Source of the DNA: an uncultured Methylomirabilota bacterium
GTDB taxonomy: Bacteria > Methylomirabilota > Methylomirabilia > Methylomirabilales > 2-02-FULL-66-22
Direction: 5' to 3'
Assembly: GCA_963845565.1 (NCBI GenBank)
Contig: CAWJSJ010000002.1
Span: forward strand, 2,592,001 to 2,656,000
DNA: 64,000 nt
Positions 9,664 through 22,054 of the stretch are shown here, piece after piece (the first letter of the stretch is position 1; every line of letters begins with the position of its first letter). The notes under the pieces were generated by a model. It was not told the origin of the DNA. It did no database searches and saw only the letters and a program-made list of their open reading frames with translations. Both the position numbers and the translations under genes were made by a program.

Positions 9664-10002
9664 TCAGGTCGGCTCCTCGCGGCCGATCTCGGCGTCCAGG
9701 ATCTCCTGCGCCCGCGCCGCGTCCGCGGCGGGAACCAGCACCCACCAGGAACCGGAACGCCCCAGGACGGCATGGAGGATGCCGTCGGTCCCACGGATCG
9801 TGCAGGGGATTCCCTGCGTGCCGAGCAGGCCGGCCACGATGTCCGCGGAGGGCCGGTCGCCCGTCTCGAACACCGGCGTGTCGGGCATGACCGTCCGCGC
9901 CGGCGCGAAGAGTTCCAGCCCGACATGGCACACGGGGCAGGTGGTGGTGCCCCAGGGGTATTCCCGCCGGCAGCGGGGACACTGACCGTTCCGTGGCGGC
10001 AT
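9664..10002 (-). CDS. Zinc-ribbon plus DUF2007-like (signal-transducing) small protein
   Basis: CPRC...CPVC zinc ribbon followed by 'ADIVAGLLGTQGIPC...VLVPAADAARAQEIL'. Confidence 0.7.
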   Translation of the reverse strand: MPPRNGQCPRCRREYPWGTTTCPVCHVGLELFAPARTVMPDTPVFETGDRPSADIVAGLLGTQGIPCTIRGTDGILHAVLGRSGSWWVLVPAADAARAQEILDAEIGREEPT

Positions 10003-10009
10003 GGCGTCC

Positions 10010-10420
10010 TCAGCGGGGCCAGATGTCGGCGTCGGCCAGCTCCAGCAGGTTTCCGTCCGGATCCCGGAAGTAGAAGGAGCGGCCCACCGGCCAGGTGATC
10101 TCCTTCTGGATGGTCACCTGATGGTCCAGGACGCGCTGTTTCCATGCCTCGTACTCGGCCGGCGCGACGGTGAAGCAGACGTGGATCTCGCCGTCCGCCC
10201 CGTGGGGGGGAAGGTGCTCCGAGCGGCGGGTGCGCGCGGCGTGGAAGAGGAGCAGGACGCCGGTCCCGACGCGGAAGAAGACGTGCCGGTCGGCCTCCTT
10301 GCCGATCAGCTTGAGGGCCATCACCTCGCGGTAGAAGCGCTCCGCCCGGTCGAGATCGGCCACGTAGAGGACGGTTTCGAGAATGCCCGTGATGCGCGGG
10401 GGGTCGTCAGCAGGACACAC
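10010..10420 (-). CDS. VOC/glyoxalase family protein
   Basis: GTG start with GGAGG RBS. ILETVLYVADLDRAERFY...HVCF...RSFYFRDPDGNLLELA. Confidence 0.9.
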   Translation of the reverse strand: MCPADDPPRITGILETVLYVADLDRAERFYREVMALKLIGKEADRHVFFRVGTGVLLLFHAARTRRSEHLPPHGADGEIHVCFTVAPAEYEAWKQRVLDHQVTIQKEITWPVGRSFYFRDPDGNLLELADADIWPR

Positions 10421-10440
10421 GGTTTCCTCCAGTCTCTCGG

Positions 10441-10731
10441 TCAGCCACGCACGGCAAAGCCGGTCAGGCCTTGGGCCTCCTCCCAGACGACGTCGACGGC
10501 GGTGACGTCGGAGGCGGGGGAGCCCCGGTGACACCACCGGATCATCGCCTCGAGGGCCTCCGGTGCGCCCTCGAAGACGGCTTCCACGCGGCCGTCGGGG
10601 GCGTTCCGGATCCAGCCGGCCACCTTCCGGAACGCCGCCTCGTCCTCGGCGTAGGCTCGGAAATAGACCCCCTGGACCCGTCCCGACACCCAGACGTGCG
10701 CGCGCAGCGTCGGGCCGGTCCTTCGGCGCAT
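10441..10731 (-). CDS. acyP: Acylphosphatase
   Basis: VSGRVQGVYFR and GWIRNAPDGRVE. Start overlaps the upstream stop (TGATG). Confidence 0.9.
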   Translation of the reverse strand: MRRRTGPTLRAHVWVSGRVQGVYFRAYAEDEAAFRKVAGWIRNAPDGRVEAVFEGAPEALEAMIRWCHRGSPASDVTAVDVVWEEAQGLTGFAVRG

Positions 10732-11774
10732 CAGGTGCCCGCCCACCCGCCGTCCAGGCGACGGTCCAGCGCCCGGCAGTAGCCGCCCAGCCCGGCGTTG
10801 GACCAGACGAGCGCGGCGGAGCAGCAGAGCACCCCGTACACGGCGGCGCGCGGGATCTTGACGGTGACCGCAGGGTCGAGCAGGGTCTCGGCGTGCCGGA
10901 TGCGCTCGAGAGTCCGGAGGCCGATCAGCATCGGCCAGGCGCAGGCCAGGCGCAACCGCATCTCGGACCGGGGGATGGCGCGGGTGTATTCCCAGGCCTC
11001 GCGAAAGCCGTCTCGCGCCGAGGCCGCCAGGTCGTCGAGCACGGGGCGCACCCGCTGCGCGGCCGCCGGATCGAGCAGGTCGGCGGGCGCGAGCCCGCAG
11101 GCCGCCAGGAGCTGGCGGGGCAGATAGCACCGCCCGATCCGGAGGTCTTGGGCCACATCGCGGAGGACGTTCGTCATCTGCAGGGCCTGTCCGAAGCGCA
11201 CGCCCCGAGCGCGCATGACGTCCGGATTCCATCGGGCGCAGCCGGGCAGGTGCGCCATGGCCATCTCGGTCCAGAATTCCCCCACGCAGCCCGCGGCGTA
11301 ATAGGTGTAGCGGTCGAGATCGGCTCGGGACTCCAGGGCGGCGAGTCCCGCCGCATCCTCACCGGGGAAGGTGGTGAGATCGGCCTGCATTCCCTCGATG
11401 AGCAGCCCGAGGACGCGGCGGATGCGCGCCCGGTCGTCAGCCGGCAGCGCCGCCAGGGCGGCGAGGCACGCCGGGAGGCGGAGCAGGAGCTCGCGCTCTG
11501 CCGGGATGCGCTGCGGGCCGGACAGGGCGCCGGCGATCTCCGCCAGATCGGGGGAGGCCGGATCGTCCAGCGCGTTCCGTAAGCGCTCGAGCGCGCGCAA
11601 GCGAGCGGCGCGCGGCACCAGGCGGGTGTCGGCGATGGTGTCAGCCGCCCGTGCCAGCAGATAGGCGAGACCCAACGGCCCGCGGAGCGACCGCGGGAGG
11701 ACGCCGAGGCTCAAGGCGAACGATCGGCTGACCTGCGGCAGGATGCGCGACAACGGTTCGGGGATGGTGTCCAC
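10731..11774 (-). CDS. Squalene/phytoene synthase family (single-enzyme squalene synthase-like)
   Basis: GTG start with GAGGAG RBS. VSRSFALS, YLLARAADTIADT, YTYYAAGCVGEFWT, FGQALQMTNVLRDVAQD, GRCYLP. Confidence 0.85.
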   Translation of the reverse strand: MDTIPEPLSRILPQVSRSFALSLGVLPRSLRGPLGLAYLLARAADTIADTRLVPRAARLRALERLRNALDDPASPDLAEIAGALSGPQRIPAERELLLRLPACLAALAALPADDRARIRRVLGLLIEGMQADLTTFPGEDAAGLAALESRADLDRYTYYAAGCVGEFWTEMAMAHLPGCARWNPDVMRARGVRFGQALQMTNVLRDVAQDLRIGRCYLPRQLLAACGLAPADLLDPAAAQRVRPVLDDLAASARDGFREAWEYTRAIPRSEMRLRLACAWPMLIGLRTLERIRHAETLLDPAVTVKIPRAAVYGVLCCSAALVWSNAGLGGYCRALDRRLDGGWAGT

Positions 11775-11959
11775 GTTTCTCCTCGAGTGGGCGGCCCGGT
11801 GACCCACGCCGCAGAGCATAGCACACCGGACCGGACCGCCGAAACGCCTTTGGCGCGGCTGCCGCGCCGCGGTTGCCTTTCGGGGGTTTCCCTCGTAGAA
11901 TCGCTTGCGGTCGGGGGTCGCCTTGCCCCGGCCTCCCCGTCTGCCGAAAGGAGCCACCC

Positions 11960-13804
11960 GTGAGCGACCAGACTGCTGCCGCGGCCGGCGTCCGGTGGGA
12001 TTTGAGCGACCTGTTCGCCTCCCACGACGACCCGGCCATCCAGGACGCCTTCGCGACCTGCCGGGCCCGCGCCGAGCGGTTCGGCGAGCGGTATCGCGGG
12101 ACCATCCGCGTCCCCGGCGGCCCCGCGCCGGACCACCTCCTGGGGGCGATCCTGGAGATCGAACGGATCCAGGCAGACCTGGAGCGCGTCGGCGCCTTCG
12201 CCGGTCTCCTGTACGCGTCGGACACCAGCCGGCCGGAGTTCCGGGACCTGCGGGAGCGGGTCGAGCACCACCTGACGGAGATCGGGAACCTGGTGCTCTT
12301 CTTCGAGCTGGAATGGCTGGAGGTCCCGGACGACGCGGCCGCGCCGCTGCTCGACCACCCCGCCCTGGCCGGCTATCGACACTTTCTCCGGCAGGCGCGG
12401 CAGATGCGCCCGCACACCCTGTCGGAGCCGGAGGAGCGCCTCCTGAACGAGCGGGACAATACCGGCCCGCGCGCCTTCGGCCGCCTGTTCACGGAGCTGA
12501 CCAGCAGCCTGGCGTTCCCCTTCCGGCGCGACGGCCGGGAGGAGCGGCTCACGCTGAGCGAGATCCTGGCGCTGTCCCACGAGGCGGACCGCGACCTCCG
12601 GCGGCGCGCGCACGAGACGCTCTTCGAGGTCCTGGAGCGGAACGCGCTGGTCCTGACCTTCGTGTACGACACGCTGGTGCAGGACCACCTGACGATCGAC
12701 CGCCTGCGACGATTCCCGCACCCCATGGCGACCCGCCATCTCGCCAACGAGATCGACGCCGAGGCGGTGGAACGGATGCTGGCCGTGACCGAGCGGAATT
12801 TCGGCGAGGCGCAGCGCTACTTCCGCGTCAAGGCGACGCTGCTGGATCTCCCGCGGCTGGCCCTGTACGACCAGTACGCGCCGATCGGCGCCGAGCTGCC
12901 GCGGGCCACCTTCGATCGTGCCCGGCAGCTGGTCCTGGACGCCTTCGAGGCCTTCTCGCCCGCCTTTGCCGCGGCGGCGCGCCAGTTCTTCGAGCGGCGC
13001 TGGATCGACGCCGAGCTGCGGCCGGGCAAGCAGGACGGCGCGTTCTGCGCCTCGCCGTCACCGCTCCTGCACCCCTACGTGCTGTGCAATCACACCGGCA
13101 ATCTGCGGGACGTGATGACGCTGGCCCACGAACTGGGCCACGGCGTGCACGGGTGGCTGGCCCGGGCCCAGACGCTGCTCAATTACGACACCCCGCTGAC
13201 CACCGCGGAAACCGCCTCGGTCTTCGGGGAGTTCCTGGTCTTCGACCATTTACTCTCGTCCGAGTCGGATCCCCGCGTGCAACTCGCGCTGCTCTGCGGC
13301 AAGATCGAGGACACCTGCGCCACGGTCTATCGTCAGGCGGTGCTCACGCGATTCGAGCAGGCCGTCTTCGCCCGCCGCCCGACCGGCCGGTTCACGGCGG
13401 ATGCGGTCTGCCGCCTCTGGCTGGACGCCAACCGGCCCTACTACGGGGACGCGGTGGAGTCCACCGAGGCCTACCGCTGGGGATGGTCGTACATCCCGCA
13501 CTTCATCCACTCCCGCTTCTACTGCTACAGCTACGTCTTCGGGGAGCTCCTGGTCCTGTCCCTCTACCGGCGCTACAAGGAGGAGGGGGCCGCCTTCGTG
13601 CCGAAGTACCTGGGCCTGCTGGAGGCGGGCGGCTCGGATTCGCCGGAGGCGCTGCTCCGGCCGCTGGGCGTGGACTTCCACGATCCGGCCTTCTGGCAGA
13701 AGGGGTTCGACGAGATCCGCGCGCTGGTGGATCGGGCCGAGGCGCTGGCGGCCTCGCTGTCCCCACCGCCGTCCGTGGCCGACCGGCGGCCGACCGCCGG
13801 GTGA
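11960..13804 (+). CDS. M3B family oligoendopeptidase (PepF-like)
   Basis: WDLSDL N-terminus, GKQDGAFC, TLAHELGHGVH (HExxH), AETASVFGE, WSYIPHF...FYCYSY. Confidence 0.9.
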   Translation: MSDQTAAAAGVRWDLSDLFASHDDPAIQDAFATCRARAERFGERYRGTIRVPGGPAPDHLLGAILEIERIQADLERVGAFAGLLYASDTSRPEFRDLRERVEHHLTEIGNLVLFFELEWLEVPDDAAAPLLDHPALAGYRHFLRQARQMRPHTLSEPEERLLNERDNTGPRAFGRLFTELTSSLAFPFRRDGREERLTLSEILALSHEADRDLRRRAHETLFEVLERNALVLTFVYDTLVQDHLTIDRLRRFPHPMATRHLANEIDAEAVERMLAVTERNFGEAQRYFRVKATLLDLPRLALYDQYAPIGAELPRATFDRARQLVLDAFEAFSPAFAAAARQFFERRWIDAELRPGKQDGAFCASPSPLLHPYVLCNHTGNLRDVMTLAHELGHGVHGWLARAQTLLNYDTPLTTAETASVFGEFLVFDHLLSSESDPRVQLALLCGKIEDTCATVYRQAVLTRFEQAVFARRPTGRFTADAVCRLWLDANRPYYGDAVESTEAYRWGWSYIPHFIHSRFYCYSYVFGELLVLSLYRRYKEEGAAFVPKYLGLLEAGGSDSPEALLRPLGVDFHDPAFWQKGFDEIRALVDRAEALAASLSPPPSVADRRPTAG

Positions 13805-13808
13805 GGGC

Positions 13809-14571
13809 ATGCGGCTCTTTGACGCCCACGCCCATCTGGCCGCGCCGGAATTCGCCGAGGATCTCCCCGCGGTGCTGGCGCGCGCCGACGCGGCCGGCGT
13901 AGCCGGGATCGTCACGGTCGGGGAGACGCTGGCCGACGCGGAGCGCATCCTCGATCTCGCCCGCCGGCACCCGATGATCAAGCCGGCCGCCGGCCTGTAC
14001 CCGACGGTGCTGGATCGCGAGGCGGCCTCCGCGGTCATCGCCTTCGCCCGGCAGAACGCGGACCGGCTGGTGGCGCTGGGCGAGGTCGGGCTGGACCGCT
14101 GGGCGGTCAAGACGGAGGCGGAGTGGCGGGTGCAGGAGGCGATCCTGGAGGAGTTCGTCGCACTGTCCGACGAGCTCGCCCTGCCGCTCAACGTCCACTC
14201 CCGGTCGGCCGGGCGGCACGCCATCGCCTTCCTGACGTCGCGCAACGCGCGGCGGGTTCTCCTGCACGCCTTTGACGGGAAGGCGGCGACCGCCGCCGCC
14301 GGCGTGGACGCGGGCTACAGCTTCTCGATCCCGCCCTCCGTGGTGCGGTCGCCGCAGAAGCAGAAGCTCGTGCGATACCTTCCGCTGGATTGCCTCCTGC
14401 TGGAGACCGACTCGCCCGTCCTGGGGCCCGAACCCGGCGGTCCGGAACGAACCGGCCAACCTCGCCATCGCCTGCCGGGCGGTGGCGGACCTCAAGGGGG
14501 TGTCCGTCGACACGGTCGCCCGGGCCACCACGGACAACGCCCGGCGCCTCTTTCCCCGCGCCTTTCGGTGA
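13809..14571 (+). CDS. tatD: TatD family nuclease/hydrolase with an apparent +1 frameshift near 14440
   Basis: FDAHAHL, LGEVGLD, NVHSR, LLHAF, LLETDSP. The C-terminus (RNEPANL...TTDNARRLF) continues in another frame. Confidence 0.85.
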
Positions 14572-14731
14572 CGGACCGGATACCAGCGCAGTACGGTGCC
14601 TGCCCGATGCGGTGCTGGAGGCAGGGGTCGGCGTGGGGCCAGCAGGGTGCGGATGCGAGCCCCAAAAACCGATGACCGGACGGCAGGGACCGTCCGGTCA
14701 TCGGGATGGACAACAACGCGGCGGATACGGC

Positions 14732-15826
<1,095 letters not shown>

Positions 15827-16093
15827 GGTCTTCGCACGCCTCCTCTGCCGCCTGCTCCGTTAGCTGGATGCCTCGCGAGCCCCACCCGGGTCGACGTCCC
15901 TGCGCACTGTTTGGGGCCCTGAGGCGTGAACCACGGGACCCGGGTCAATGGCGGACATTCTATGTGCGCTCGACCGGCAAACACAAGCGAAATCTCGGCC
16001 CGATCGGCAGTGCCGACACCTTCCGACGTGCCTGCGCCCCGTCGGGCGCTCGACCGCTGAGCGCTGACCGCTGATCGCTCGCTCTACTTCTGC

Positions 16094-16122
16094 TTGACCG
16101 GGCGTCGGCATTGGGACAGAAT
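16094..16122 (+). promoter_or_regulatory. Putative sigma70 promoter for gltX
   Basis: TTGACC-17 bp-CAGAAT. Confidence 0.45.
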
Positions 16123-16129
16123 ACGCGCC

Positions 16130-17752
<1,623 letters not shown>

Positions 17753-17818
17753 CGAACGCGAGGGCGGACGGCAGCGCCGCGACGGCGGAATGATCGTGGG
17801 GAGAGGGGAGACATCAGC

Positions 17819-18320
17819 GTGGCAACAAGCCAGGTCGTGGAGCGATTGAAGGAGCAGCTCGCGCTGCTCGAACGGGAGTTGCGCGTGGAGTTGCCCGAGC
17901 GGATCCGGATCGCCCGGGAGCTGGGTGACATCCGCGAGAACGGAGAGTTCGAGGTTGCCAAGGATCGCCAGGGGTTTGTCCACGCGCGGGTCGGACAGCT
18001 GCAGCGGCGGATCGCCGAGCTGTCCAGCGATCGATCTCTCGCGGGTGCCCAAGGATCGGGTGGCGTTCGGCTCCACCGTGCACCTGACGGAGGAGGAGAC
18101 CGGCGAGGAGCGGACCTATCGCCTGGTCGCCTCGGAAGAGGTCGACACCGCGAAGGGGTGGATCTCGCCCGGCTCGCCGGTCGGCCAGTCGTTGATCGGC
18201 AAGCGGGAGGGGGACACGGTGGTGGTCCGGACGCCCGGCGGAACCCGGCGGTGCGAGATCACGCGGTTGCAGACACTGCACGACGAACTCGAGGAAGAAG
18301 CGGGGGCCAAGGATGGATAG
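17819..18320 (+). CDS. greA: Transcription elongation factor GreA with an apparent +1 frameshift near 18028
   Basis: ARELGDIRENGEFEVAK in the first frame. VAFGSTV and ISPGSPVGQSLIGKREGD in the second frame. Confidence 0.85.
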
Positions 18321-18879
18321 GCAGGCGACATGGGCGCTCCTCACCGAGTACACGCAGAACGAGAGTCTGCTCAAGCACGCCCTGGCGGTTGAAGCGGCCA
18401 TGCGGGCCTGCGCGGGGAAGTTCGGGGGCGATCCGGACGAGTGGGGGGTGGTGGGTCTGATTCACGATTTCGATTACGAGCGGTACCCGAGCGCCGAGGC
18501 CGGCCACGCCATCAAGGGCCCCGTGATCCTGCGCGAGAAGGGCTACCCCGAACACGTGGTGCGGGCCGTCCAGTCCCACGCCGACTACTCCGGGGTGTCG
18601 CGCGAGACCCCCATGGAGAAGGCGCTCTTCGCCTGCGACGAGCTCTGCGGCTTCATCACCGCGGCGGCCCTGGTGCGGCCCACCAAGAGCGTCCTGGACC
18701 TGGAGGCCTCCTCGGTCCGGAAGCGGATGAAGGACAAGGCCTTCGCGCGGCAGGTGAGCCGCGAGGACATCGTCAAGGGCGCCGAGGCGCTCGGGGTGGA
18801 TCTCAACGAGCACATCGCCTTCGTCATCCAGGCGATGCGGGGCGCCGCCGACGCGCTCGGGTTGCGCGGGACGCTCTGA
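18313..18879 (+). CDS. HD/HDIG-domain phosphohydrolase
   Basis: LLKHALAVEAAM, GLIHDFDYE, ACDELCGF, KDKAFARQVSRE. Confidence 0.85.
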   Translation: MDRQATWALLTEYTQNESLLKHALAVEAAMRACAGKFGGDPDEWGVVGLIHDFDYERYPSAEAGHAIKGPVILREKGYPEHVVRAVQSHADYSGVSRETPMEKALFACDELCGFITAAALVRPTKSVLDLEASSVRKRMKDKAFARQVSREDIVKGAEALGVDLNEHIAFVIQAMRGAADALGLRGTL

Positions 18880-18885
18880 ACGAGC

Positions 18886-19036
18886 AAAGCGCATGGCGCA
18901 AAGCGCTGGACGCAGAGTGCCAAGCGCAGAGCGCAAAGCGCCGAACGACGAAGTGCAAGCAGAGAGGCGGCAGCGCGCGTCGATCTGGCGCTCTGCACTT
19001 TGCGCCATGCGCCATGCGCCAGGCCCTTTGCGCTAT
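18886..19036. repeat. Degenerate heptamer tandem arrays in inverted orientation
   Basis: Eight units of NNNGCGC-type (AAAGCGC, ATGGCGC, ...) at 18886-18941 and seven complementary units (GCGCTCT, GCACTTT, GCGCCAT, ...) at 18988-19036. Confidence 0.7.
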
Positions 19037-19058
19037 GACCCCCCGGCCGCTTTTGGGC

Positions 19059-19088
19059 TTGACAAACCGGGTCGGACCGGGCGATACT
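19059..19088 (+). promoter_or_regulatory. Putative sigma70 promoter of the tRNA pair
   Basis: TTGACA-18 bp-GATACT followed by a GC-rich discriminator. Confidence 0.5.
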
Positions 19089-19141
19089 CCGCCCCGTCCA
19101 AAGGCAAAGACGTGGCCTTTGGACTTTCTTTTCCGCTGCGT

Positions 19142-19215
19142 TGCGGGGTCGTCTAACGGTAGGACAGCAGACTCTGGATCTGCCTATTGGGGTTCGAATC
19201 CCTGCCCCGCAGCCA
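19142..19215 (+). tRNA. tRNA-Gln (anticodon CTG)
   Basis: Acceptor stem TGCGGGG/CCCCGCA, anticodon arm GCAGA-CTCTGGA-TCTGC, GGTTCGAATCC T-arm, encoded CCA. Confidence 0.95.
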
Positions 19216-19232
19216 ACAAGTGAATAAAGCTT

Positions 19233-19310
19233 GGCCCTATCGTCTAGCCCGGCCTAGGACGCGGCCCTCTCAAGGCTGAAACTCGGGTTCGAATCCCGAT
19301 AGGGCCACCA
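19233..19310 (+). tRNA. tRNA-Glu (anticodon CTC)
   Basis: Acceptor stem GGCCCTA/TAGGGCC, anticodon arm CGGCC-CTCTCAA-GGCTG, GGTTCGAATCC T-arm, encoded CCA. Confidence 0.95.
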
Positions 19311-19314
19311 AGCA

Positions 19315-19351
19315 GAAACGCGAGGTTACGACAACCTCGCGTTTCGTTTTT
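19315..19351 (+). terminator. Intrinsic terminator after the tRNAs
   Basis: GAAACGCGAGGTT-5 nt loop-AACCTCGCGTTTC followed by GTTTTT. Confidence 0.85.
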
Positions 19352-19402
19352 GCCCGTTTCCTATGCCCAGGTGTCAAAAAAGGTGTCTATCGAGCGCCCC
19401 CC

Positions 19403-19630
19403 TCAGCCTGGCTGGCGGACCCGTTCGCCTGAAGCGCCGGACGGACCCCGACGGCGGCGGCGAGAACCCGGTCGGCAAGGTGGCTGTACCGCAGCAGGCT
19501 TTCGGTGTCCATGGAGTGCCAGGGATTCGGCGAGTTCGCGGGACTTGCGGAACATCAGGGTGAACCGTTCTTGTGTCGTCAGGCTGCGCAGGAAAGCCAC
19601 CTCGAACTCCAGTTCCCGCTGCGGTGTCAA
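19403..19630 (-). pseudogene. Small hypothetical protein or remnant
   Basis: Protein-like core RELEFEVAFLRSLTTQERFTLMFRKSRELA with a poor start and a low-complexity tail. Confidence 0.35.
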
Positions 19631-19665
19631 TCAAGCGCACACACAAACGTCCCGGTGGGAACGCT

Positions 19666-20067
19666 CTATCCCAGTTCGAGGAACGCGGCGGGCGTGACGA
19701 TCTGGGTCGCCCCGATGGACCGGAGCGGCAGCAAGTGCTCCTTGTCGCCCGTCACGAGATAATCCGCGCGTGCCGCCACGGCGCACTCCAGGATGCGGTT
19801 GTCGTCGTCCTTGGCGACCACCAGGGCGATCCGTTCCGTGGGTTCGACGAGGGTCGCCATGCGCCGGATGACCGCCACCCGCTCGTCGGTCTGCCGCTTG
19901 GTGAAGCGGAACTTATCGCGCAGGATGCGTTCGAACTCGGCCAGGATGAACGGGGATAGGAAGAGTTCCACCTCACCTCGGCGGACGCGCTGAAGGACCT
20001 GATCCGGTTTGCTGCCCGGGAAGGCGAGGGCAGAGATCAGGACGTTGGTGTCCAGGACCGCGCGCAT
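19666..20067 (-). CDS. PIN-domain toxin (VapC-like)
   Basis: MRAVLDTNVLISAL...DDDNRILECA...YLVTGDKEHLL. Confidence 0.9.
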   Translation of the reverse strand: MRAVLDTNVLISALAFPGSKPDQVLQRVRRGEVELFLSPFILAEFERILRDKFRFTKRQTDERVAVIRRMATLVEPTERIALVVAKDDDNRILECAVAARADYLVTGDKEHLLPLRSIGATQIVTPAAFLELG

Positions 20068-20073
20068 GGCGGG

Positions 20074-20310
20074 CTACTTCCGTCCGGCATGGACGAGACG
20101 GGTCACATCCTCCTCGTTCCGCAGGCCGAGGACCTCGGCGCGGGCAGCCGTTTCGCGCTGGAGCTTCCGCCAGCGGCGCTCCTCGATATACATCCGCAGC
20201 GCTTCGCGGACCAGCTCGCTCTTCGTCCGGTCCTCTTCCTTCGCGGTGCGCTCCGCTTCCCGAAGCAAGTTCGGGGGCAGCGATACGGTCCAGGTCTGTG
20301 TCGTCCGCAT
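20074..20310 (-). CDS. Ribbon-helix-helix (CopG-like) antitoxin
   Basis: TWTVSLPPNLL...RTKSELVREALRMY. AGGAGG RBS, directly upstream of the PIN gene. Confidence 0.9.
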   Translation of the reverse strand: MRTTQTWTVSLPPNLLREAERTAKEEDRTKSELVREALRMYIEERRWRKLQRETAARAEVLGLRNEEDVTRLVHAGRK

Positions 20311-20334
20311 GGCACGAACCTCCTATGGACGAAT

Positions 20335-20373
20335 CTTACTTAGTAAGGTAGCCGGATCTTCCGACGTTGTCAA
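20335..20373 (-). promoter_or_regulatory. TA operon promoter with a palindromic operator
   Basis: Minus strand TTGACA-17 bp-TACCTT. The perfect palindrome CTTACT-T-AGTAAG (20335-20347) overlaps the -10/+1 region. Confidence 0.7.
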
Positions 20374-20844
20374 GACGCCCCCCGCGTCTTGTTCTCTGTC
20401 CGCGTTCGCCTCACCTCTCCCGCCTCACTGTCCACGTGCGTACAGTGTCACCAGGGGAATCGCGAACCGAAGGTCATGCGCAATACACGCCCCGACCCCG
20501 TTGCGATGGGCACCTTTCTTCGGATCGGGGCTAATTACCCCGAGCACTCCTACACGTTGTCAACCGGCCTCGCTCGCCTGCCCCCAATCCTGAGTCCCGG
20601 CCCGTGCCCACGGACCATCGTCCGCGGATCGGAATTGCCACCCTGCGCGGGCACTGGTAGACTCCGCCTTGAAATCGCTCGTGCGGAGGGGAAGAGGTGA
20701 GTGTGGCCGCCCCGATAGCGTGCTCGCGATTGCCCGCTGTCATCCCCGGGAGGTGTGGTCGAGGTGAAAAGGAGAGCACGGATGAGATTAGGCAGCAAGA
20801 AGCCGTCGGTGGGGGGCGCGAGCGGCGGTGTAGTGGGCAACCGT

Positions 20845-21069
20845 ATGCATGAATTCCAGGTGGTCATGGAGCAAGACGAGGCCGGGTTCTTTGTAGCGGA
20901 ATGTCCCGCTCTCAAGGCCTGCTATACGCAAGGCCGAACGTACGAAGAAGCCATCAAGAACATACGCGATGTGATCGCGCTTTGTCTCGCCGACCTGAAG
21001 GCGCGAGGGGCTGACATTCCCCGCCAGGCGGAGATCATCGGAGTGAAGCGTATCGAGGTTGCGGCGTGA
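20845..21069 (+). CDS. hicB: HicB family antitoxin
   Basis: FQVVMEQDEAGFFVAECPALKACYTQGRTYEEAIKNIRDVI. Confidence 0.9.
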   Translation: MHEFQVVMEQDEAGFFVAECPALKACYTQGRTYEEAIKNIRDVIALCLADLKARGADIPRQAEIIGVKRIEVAA

Positions 21070-21200
21070 CGCCTGCGGGCGCTCCCATGGTCAAGCCCCG
21101 CGAGCTCGTGCGCGCACTGGAGCGCATGGGCTTTCGCCTGCTCCGGAAGATTCTCCGCGACGTTGAGGTGGATTGGGAGAACCTCAAAAAGTGGCTCTGA
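21066..21200 (+). pseudogene. hicA: HicA toxin with an internal deletion (44 aa)
   Basis: GTGA overlap with hicB. KPRELVRALERMGFRLLRK is joined directly to ILRDVEVDWENLKKWL, so the GSH...VPVH core is missing. Confidence 0.75.
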
Positions 21201-21395
21201 CGGGAGCCGCTGTCCTGCCCTTCCAACGCTTTCGCACATACCGCCCATTGCCACAGCGCCTCGCGGTTTCGCGCTGATTCTCGCGTGTCGGCCCCTCGTG
21301 CCCCCGACCGCTCCTATCCGCGTCGTGATCACAGCGATCCAGAATCCGCCCCTTGCTTGCCAAGGCCACTCAACCTCCCGCCTTGCGCTCTGCCA

Positions 21396-21720
21396 TCCGT
21401 CCTCCGTCCTCCGTCCTCCGTCCCTCTGATCGCTGTCGTCTGCCTGCCGGCCGCCTGCAAAGTGACCCCAGATGTCACACCCCCATGCCATCCTCTCGCC
21501 ATCGACCGGTTCTGGTCTCCTGTTCTCTTTCGCTGACCGCTGAGCGCTGAGCACTCCTTGACCTCTGGCCCTAGAAAGGAGGCTCCCCACGTCGGAACCC
21601 GCGTCGTCCTGTCGCCCAATTGCCCAGTCGCCAATCCGCCCAGTCGCCGAATCGACCAGTTGACTACCCGACCCGTTCGTCTACTGCCCACTGCCCACTG
21701 CCAGCTGCCCCCTGCCTGCT
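21396..21720. repeat. Cluster of 7-8-mer short tandem repeats
   Basis: (CCGTCCT)n near 21396, (GASCGCT)n near 21535, 8-mer CCCAGTCG-like units near 21615-21665, and (CCACTGC)-like units near 21681-21717. Confidence 0.55.
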
Positions 21721-21948
21721 GGTCATCCGTACTGCAAGAGGTTGCGGCAGCCACCGATTCCAAGATCCAGACCGCCCGCCGGCGACTCAAGGAGATGCTC
21801 CACGATCTCCAGGATCGGGGGTTCGACAAGATATGATGTTGAGAGGCAGGTGGTCGATGCTAGCCGGGAGTGGAACACCAGAACGCGGAAATCGCTCGGC
21901 ACATGGAAACGAAGCAGGGGTGGTCCCGGAATCGCGACCGCGCGATGG

Positions 21949-22054
21949 TTAGGAGCCGTTACGAAAAAACCTATACATCTCTTTCTATTTCGTTACGGCT
22001 CCTTATGCCGTTTCGGAATGTCTCCGCTCAACTTATTTTGTGACAACGGCTTAG
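21949..22054. repeat. Family A repeat, copy 4
   Basis: TTAGGAGCCGTTACGAAA...TTTCGTTACGGCTCCTTATGCCGTT...TGACAACGGCTTAG. Its end includes the stop of the minus-strand DUF2442 gene. Confidence 0.85.
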
